Positions 59,277 to 64,000 of a stretch of DNA of 64,000 nucleotides are shown here, piece after piece. Source of the DNA: Calditrichales bacterium (lineage in GTDB: Bacteria > Calditrichota > Calditrichia > Calditrichales > J004); assembly GCA_965267575.1 (NCBI GenBank), contig OZ254086.1, positions 3,040,001 to 3,104,000 on the forward strand, in the 5' to 3' direction. Made by a program: the position numbers and the translations under genes. Each line of letters opens with the position of its first letter. Position 1 is the first letter of the stretch. The notes below the pieces were generated by a model. That model did no database searches. It saw nothing but the letters and a program-made list of their open reading frames with translations, and was not told the origin of the DNA.

Positions 59277-59654
59277 ATGAAGATAAAAAAATACATTAGC
59301 AGCAGCGGACTGGACATACTGGTCGGGCAGGATGATGCTTCCAACGACTACCTTAGCCTGAAGCTGGCCGATGCCAATGATCTGTGGTTTCATGTGGCCG
59401 GTTTTCCCGGCAGCCACGTCGTGCTTAGATGCGCGGGAACGGAAGCGGATAAGGAAAGCATCAGCGAGGCGGCGGCGCTTGCGGCGTGGTTTTCCAAGAT
59501 GCGCAATGGCCGCAATGTGGCGGTACATTACTGCCAGGCACAAAACGTCTCCAAACCGCGCAAGGCAAAACCCGGCACGGTCACAATCCGCCGCGAAAAG
59601 AAAATAAAAGTGAACCCCTCCTGCCCCGACAACGGGTCATGGTACGAAACATAG
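59277..59654 (+). CDS. Stand-alone NFACT RNA-binding (DUF814) domain protein
   Basis: ILVG.....ND.L, DLWFH....PGSHV, AA.LAA.FSK, V.KP..AKPG.V. Confidence 0.88.
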   Translation: MKIKKYISSSGLDILVGQDDASNDYLSLKLADANDLWFHVAGFPGSHVVLRCAGTEADKESISEAAALAAWFSKMRNGRNVAVHYCQAQNVSKPRKAKPGTVTIRREKKIKVNPSCPDNGSWYET

Positions 59655-59664
59655 GAGTAGCGCA

Positions 59665-61497
59665 ATGTCCGATGACAAAACCGTTCAGGATTTTTCAAGG
59701 TCGTTAAACGATGATATTAAAAGGGCGCTTTTGCTGCCGGAGCCGGTAAAAGCCGAAGTGCGGCGCTATCTGGATAACGGGCGTTTTTGGGACGTGGCCA
59801 ACGCGCTGGGTGCTTATGCCAACGCCACGGATGTACAAAACCAGCGTGCCCGGGTTAAAGAGATCATTGCCGAAATCAGGGATTTTCAGGGCAATCGCGC
59901 GCTTTCCCGCAGCGAGCCAACGACGGTTGTATTCGGCACTTCCGGCTGGCGCGGCGTGATCGGTGAGGATTTTACGCTGCTCAATGTGCATAAAGTTTTA
60001 AGGGCGATTGTTGAGTTGCTGAAAAGCGAAACGTTCCTGGAATATAACGGCTATAACAACTTCGCGGAGGTGCAGAAGGCGGGATTGTTGCTGCTGCGCG
60101 ACAACCGTTTTATGGGCGATACCTTTTTAAACGCGGCGCGCAACGAGCTGACCAAGGCCGGTGTAAAAGTGTATCACGCCGGTGAGTGTCCCACGGGTGT
60201 GGGCTCCGCTTTGCTGACCGAATTGAAGGCGGCCGGCTCGATCAACTTTACGCCGTCGCACAACCCGATGGAATATGCCGGCATGAAATTTAACCCGGCG
60301 GATGGCGGTCCGGCGGACAAAAACCTGACGGCGCTGATTGAGGAGTTTGCCAACGGCTACATGCAGGGTAGCGATTTCACCCCGATCAGCGATTACGATC
60401 CCAACCTGATTACCACGGTTGACTCCGCGTCTTCTTTCCGCAATTTCCTGGAAGAGAAGAGCAGGGTCTTTAGCCTGTCCAAAATCCGCGACTGGCTCAG
60501 GCAGAATAAGAATGATCTGTACATGATCGTGGATTACATGCACGGTGCCGCCCGTGGCTACGTGGAAGAGGTGCTGGGACAGGATTTAATTTTTGAGCTG
60601 GTCGAAGCGGGCGCGCTGGATCGCTTCCACACGGATGATGATTTTAGTTTTCATGGTGTTAAGCCCGAGCCCAGCGCCAAAAACCAGGCGCCGCTGATCG
60701 GCATGCTGGCGAAGAGCGGGCGCAAGCTGACGCTGGCTGTTGCCCTGGACCCCGACGCCGACCGCATCCGTTTTGCCGACGCCAAAATGGATATCGATAT
60801 GAACCGTTTTGCGGCCATCGCCTATGAGCAGCTTTTGCAAAATGGCATTAAGGGCGCTATCATTTCCTCGCTGCCCTCATCGGATTTTCCGTTGCGCATT
60901 GCCCGCCAGAACCAGCAAAAAGTCATCGAAACAGCCGTTGGCTTTAAGAATTTCCGTGAAGCTTTTAAAAGCGGTGAAGCCGTTTTGGGTTTTGAGGAAT
61001 CGGACGGCATCTCTTTTACCGGGCACACGCTGGAAAAATGTGCCCTGGCAGGTTTCCTGGCCGCTCTGCAGGCCATGGCCGATACGAACAAAAACCTCAG
61101 CGAGCTGTATGGCAATCTGCAAAAAAAATACGGCTATTTTTACCCGGACAAAGCCGGCGCTGATGTAAAAGGCGTAAGCGTGGAAGCCTGGCAGGCCTAT
61201 AAAAACAACGTGGTTACGACACTTCAGGATGGTTTGTTTAAACCCGGCAACACGGTTAAGGTTGGCGATGAAGAAAAAAAGGTCTCCAAAACCGATACGC
61301 TGGATGGATTGAAGCTGATTTTTGATGACGACAGCTGGATCCTGCTGCGTCCTTCGGGCACGGAGCCGAAATTCCGCTACTATTATGAAGTAACAGCGGA
61401 AAAGCCGTTAGACGATCCCGGCACAAAGCTTAATGCCTACAGGGAAGCAGCGGCGGCTATTCTTCAGCAGGCCAGGGATATTGTGGATGGACGATAG
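59665..61497 (+). CDS. Phosphoglucomutase/phosphomannomutase family protein
   Basis: FGTSGWRG, TPSHNP, DPDADR, GFEES, RPSGTEPK. Confidence 0.92.
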   Translation: MSDDKTVQDFSRSLNDDIKRALLLPEPVKAEVRRYLDNGRFWDVANALGAYANATDVQNQRARVKEIIAEIRDFQGNRALSRSEPTTVVFGTSGWRGVIGEDFTLLNVHKVLRAIVELLKSETFLEYNGYNNFAEVQKAGLLLLRDNRFMGDTFLNAARNELTKAGVKVYHAGECPTGVGSALLTELKAAGSINFTPSHNPMEYAGMKFNPADGGPADKNLTALIEEFANGYMQGSDFTPISDYDPNLITTVDSASSFRNFLEEKSRVFSLSKIRDWLRQNKNDLYMIVDYMHGAARGYVEEVLGQDLIFELVEAGALDRFHTDDDFSFHGVKPEPSAKNQAPLIGMLAKSGRKLTLAVALDPDADRIRFADAKMDIDMNRFAAIAYEQLLQNGIKGAIISSLPSSDFPLRIARQNQQKVIETAVGFKNFREAFKSGEAVLGFEESDGISFTGHTLEKCALAGFLAALQAMADTNKNLSELYGNLQKKYGYFYPDKAGADVKGVSVEAWQAYKNNVVTTLQDGLFKPGNTVKVGDEEKKVSKTDTLDGLKLIFDDDSWILLRPSGTEPKFRYYYEVTAEKPLDDPGTKLNAYREAAAAILQQARDIVDGR

Positions 61498-62113
61498 CCT
61501 GGATTACAGCCTCATAAAAGCCGTTATTTTTGATTTGGGTCGCGTGCTGGTGGATGTGGATTTTAGCGGCCTGCTGAGCGAGCTGCTGCCGCCGGAACGT
61601 ATCGATCGTGAGCAGCTTGACCTGGAAAAGATCATGCAGCAGCCCTGGTTCCGCGCATTCAGCATGGGCAAAATGGACCGGGAGACATTCTACCGCCGTG
61701 TCAGCGGGCATTTTATGCTGGATCTGAGCCGGGAGCAGTTTGAGCAGCGCTGGGCATCGGTGTTTGCGTCGCGGCCGGAGATGGAAAAGATTGTCAGGAC
61801 GCTGCACGGGCGCATCCCGCTGGGGCTGCTTTCCGATACCGATCCGATCCATTGGGAGTGGCTGCTGGACGCCTATGATTTTTTGGCTCTGTTTAAGAAG
61901 CCGGTGCTGAGTTTCCGCATTGGCGCGATGAAACCTTCGGCGGTGTGCTACAAGCTGGCAGCCGGGGCGGTAAAGACGCCTCAGCAGAATTGTCTGTTTA
62001 TCGATGACCGGATGATCAACGTGCAGGGGGCGCGTGAATGCGGGATGCAGGCGGTACGGTTCGAGTCGACCGGGCAGGTGGAGGCAATCGTAAAAAAGCT
62101 AAATTTGAAGTAG
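61487..62113 (+). CDS. HAD family phosphatase (YihX-like)
   Basis: FDLGRVL, LLSDT, KP, FIDD..NV.GA. Confidence 0.88.
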   Translation: MDDSLDYSLIKAVIFDLGRVLVDVDFSGLLSELLPPERIDREQLDLEKIMQQPWFRAFSMGKMDRETFYRRVSGHFMLDLSREQFEQRWASVFASRPEMEKIVRTLHGRIPLGLLSDTDPIHWEWLLDAYDFLALFKKPVLSFRIGAMKPSAVCYKLAAGAVKTPQQNCLFIDDRMINVQGARECGMQAVRFESTGQVEAIVKKLNLK

Positions 62114-62299
62114 TAAAAAGTGGCATGCTTACTTTGGGTTTTTGATCGGGCATGATTCGATAGCGATGCCGATTAGCGATTTCGATTTAGATTTCGTGTG
62201 ATGGGGGAAGCAAAAGTAGCACGGAAATTATCCGGGCTATTGACTTCATTTAGAATTTATCCGTTATTGAGGAGGAAAGAATTAATTCAGGGGGAAGAG

Positions 62300-62734
62300 A
62301 TGGCTGATTTACCAATTGTCGAAGAATTTATGGACAAGACGTTCGTGACCCTGCGTCGCGATATGGATGTTTACAACGCGGTCGACATTTTGCTGGATCG
62401 CGGTATTACCAGCGCCGTAGTGACGGATGAGCATGACCATATTGTGGGGATCATTTCCGAGAAGGACTGTTTGCAGCTTTTAACCAAGGGCGCTTATCAC
62501 GGCCTGCCCAGCGGCAAGGTGGCGGATTTTATGACCGAACGCGTGGTGACGATTTCGCCGAATACGGATATTTTCCAGGTGGCCGATATGTTTTTGAAGC
62601 ATTTTTTCCGCCGGCTGGTGGTGGCCGATGAAGACAACCGCATGGTCGGGCAAATTACCCGCCGCGACCTGCTGAAGATCATCCGTCTGTGGAAACGCGA
62701 GAAAAAGGTTATACACCGCGCCCCGATCTTGTAA
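62300..62734 (+). CDS. CBS domain pair protein
   Basis: Start MADLPIV; VGIISEKDC, V.DFMT, VGQITRRD. Confidence 0.88.
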   Translation: MADLPIVEEFMDKTFVTLRRDMDVYNAVDILLDRGITSAVVTDEHDHIVGIISEKDCLQLLTKGAYHGLPSGKVADFMTERVVTISPNTDIFQVADMFLKHFFRRLVVADEDNRMVGQITRRDLLKIIRLWKREKKVIHRAPIL

Positions 62735-62742
62735 TGCTGTTT

Positions 62743-62774
62743 AATAAAAAGGCCGCTTTTGAGCGGCCTTTTTT
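62743..62774. terminator. Bidirectional intrinsic terminator
   Basis: AAAAAGGCCGCT-tttg-AGCGGCCTTTTTT between convergent genes. Confidence 0.85.
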
Positions 62775-62783
62775 GTTTTTCCC

Positions 62784-64000
62784 TTACTTCACCAGCACCA
62801 TGCGCTTTATGGCCTGATAGGACCCGGCCTTTAGTCTGTAAACATAGATGCCGCTTGACAGGCCGGCGGCGTTGAACACCACTTCATGGCGTCCGGCGGG
62901 ACGCTGGCCGTCCAGCAAAGTGCGGATCTTCTGGCCCTTGATGTTATATACTTCCAGCGTTACCGGCGCATCTTGCGGCAGATCGAATTGGATGTGGGTG
63001 AGCGGGTTGAAGGGATTGGGAAAGTTGGGATAAAGCGCAAACGCTTCGGGGATGAACGGCTGCGGCTGTGCGCCGGACTTGGCCAGGGCGGCGTCATCGG
63101 CGGTGACCAGTTGTACCACGTGGGGCGTTGTCTCCGGGAACGAAAGCGTTACCTTGCCCTTTGCGTCAATGACGAAATATAGGTGAACAGCGTGGCGTCG
63201 CTGTGTTTGGCGCCGTCGTTGTAGCCAATAAAGTCATCCAGGGTCAGGGTTTTGATCACTGCGCCATCCAGCTCAATATCGATCAGACGGGCGTGGTTGC
63301 CGGCAAGCCCGGCGGCATTGTGAAACTGCACCTGCCAGTCAAAACGAAAATCGTCGCTGCCCTGCGGTGAGCCGCTGGCGTTCAGCTGCGGATCGAAGTC
63401 CAGTTTGCCGGCGTTCATCTGCGCGCCGGATAGATCGAGCGTAAGATAAGCCCCGTCATCCAGCAGGAAGACCATGCGTGATGACGAACTGGCCATGGCC
63501 ATCGGCTCATCTTCATACACTTCCGCTTTAACCACGTAGGGCAGGCTGTTGTACTTGGTCCACACGCTGCCGCCGGCGCTGTTCAGGGCCATGTTGGGCG
63601 CGCGCCCGCTGTTATCCAGCGTTTCCGTGGTCCAGGAACTGCCGCTCTTCTTGCGCTTGATTACCGCCCCGTCTTTCACCATGGCAATATAGGGAAAGCC
63701 GCCGTTGTCATCGTAGCTGATCGACGGGTGGCTGTAGCTGTGGTTGTATTGGTAGTGCGAGGCATAGTTGTTCAGATTTTCTGAATCATCAATCGTGCAA
63801 TAATAGACCAGCGGATCATTACCGGCTTCGCTTTCTGCTTCCCAGGCAATATGTGCTTTGGCCGTGCTGCCTGCGGCGAATGCCACAACCGGATTGCCGT
63901 GAGCGACAGCCCAGTAGATACCCTGGGAAACATGACGTTCGATGCCCCAGTCTTTATCAAACAAATTGAAACGCCTTGTATATACCTGTCCGTTGCGCTG
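62784..64000 (-). pseudogene. 3' part of a large secreted protein with a C-terminal sorting domain, interrupted by a frameshift near 63150-63235
   Basis: Frame open from the window end to a stop at 63149; the sorting-domain frame (NFPNPFNP...KRMVLVK) is open upstream to ~63233 with no start codon, reading ...YFVIDAKGKVTLSFPETTPHVVQ. Confidence 0.65.

Overview
Bacterial chromosomal segment of roughly 50% GC. The C-terminal 'NYPNPFNP' secretion-type sorting domains and the overall gene content suggest the FCB group, probably Calditrichota or a relative (inference). The standout is a ~12.7 kb locus (7148-19874) that appears to encode a complete extracellular electron transfer chain. The leftward operon encodes a 9-heme lipoprotein cytochrome, a beta-barrel porin, an 11-heme periplasmic cytochrome and a CxxxxCH-type lipoprotein cytochrome. 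The rightward operon encodes a heme-c-motif sensor kinase, a sigma54 activator, a 17-heme CbcL-like cytochrome c/b fusion, an ImcH-like 7-heme NapC/NirT protein and a tetraheme c554. About 58 heme-binding motifs were counted by eye. The shared intergenic region holds two sigma54-type promoters and three 20-bp palindromic enhancer-like sites. Other notable items: a Mn/Zn/Fe uptake operon in which both ABC permeases are fused to DtxR-like domains; a recurring variant sigma54 promoter (GG-N10-GT); a candidate sigma54-driven sRNA (~56540-56636); an unassigned structured ncRNA (~29653-29775); a SatD/DUF3307 pair next to a cyclic-nucleotide phosphodiesterase; a solo dnaE2 with a putative SOS box; and a frameshifted secreted-protein gene at the right edge. 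The remainder is housekeeping and accessory metabolism. No tRNA, rRNA, CRISPR array or transposase was recognised.
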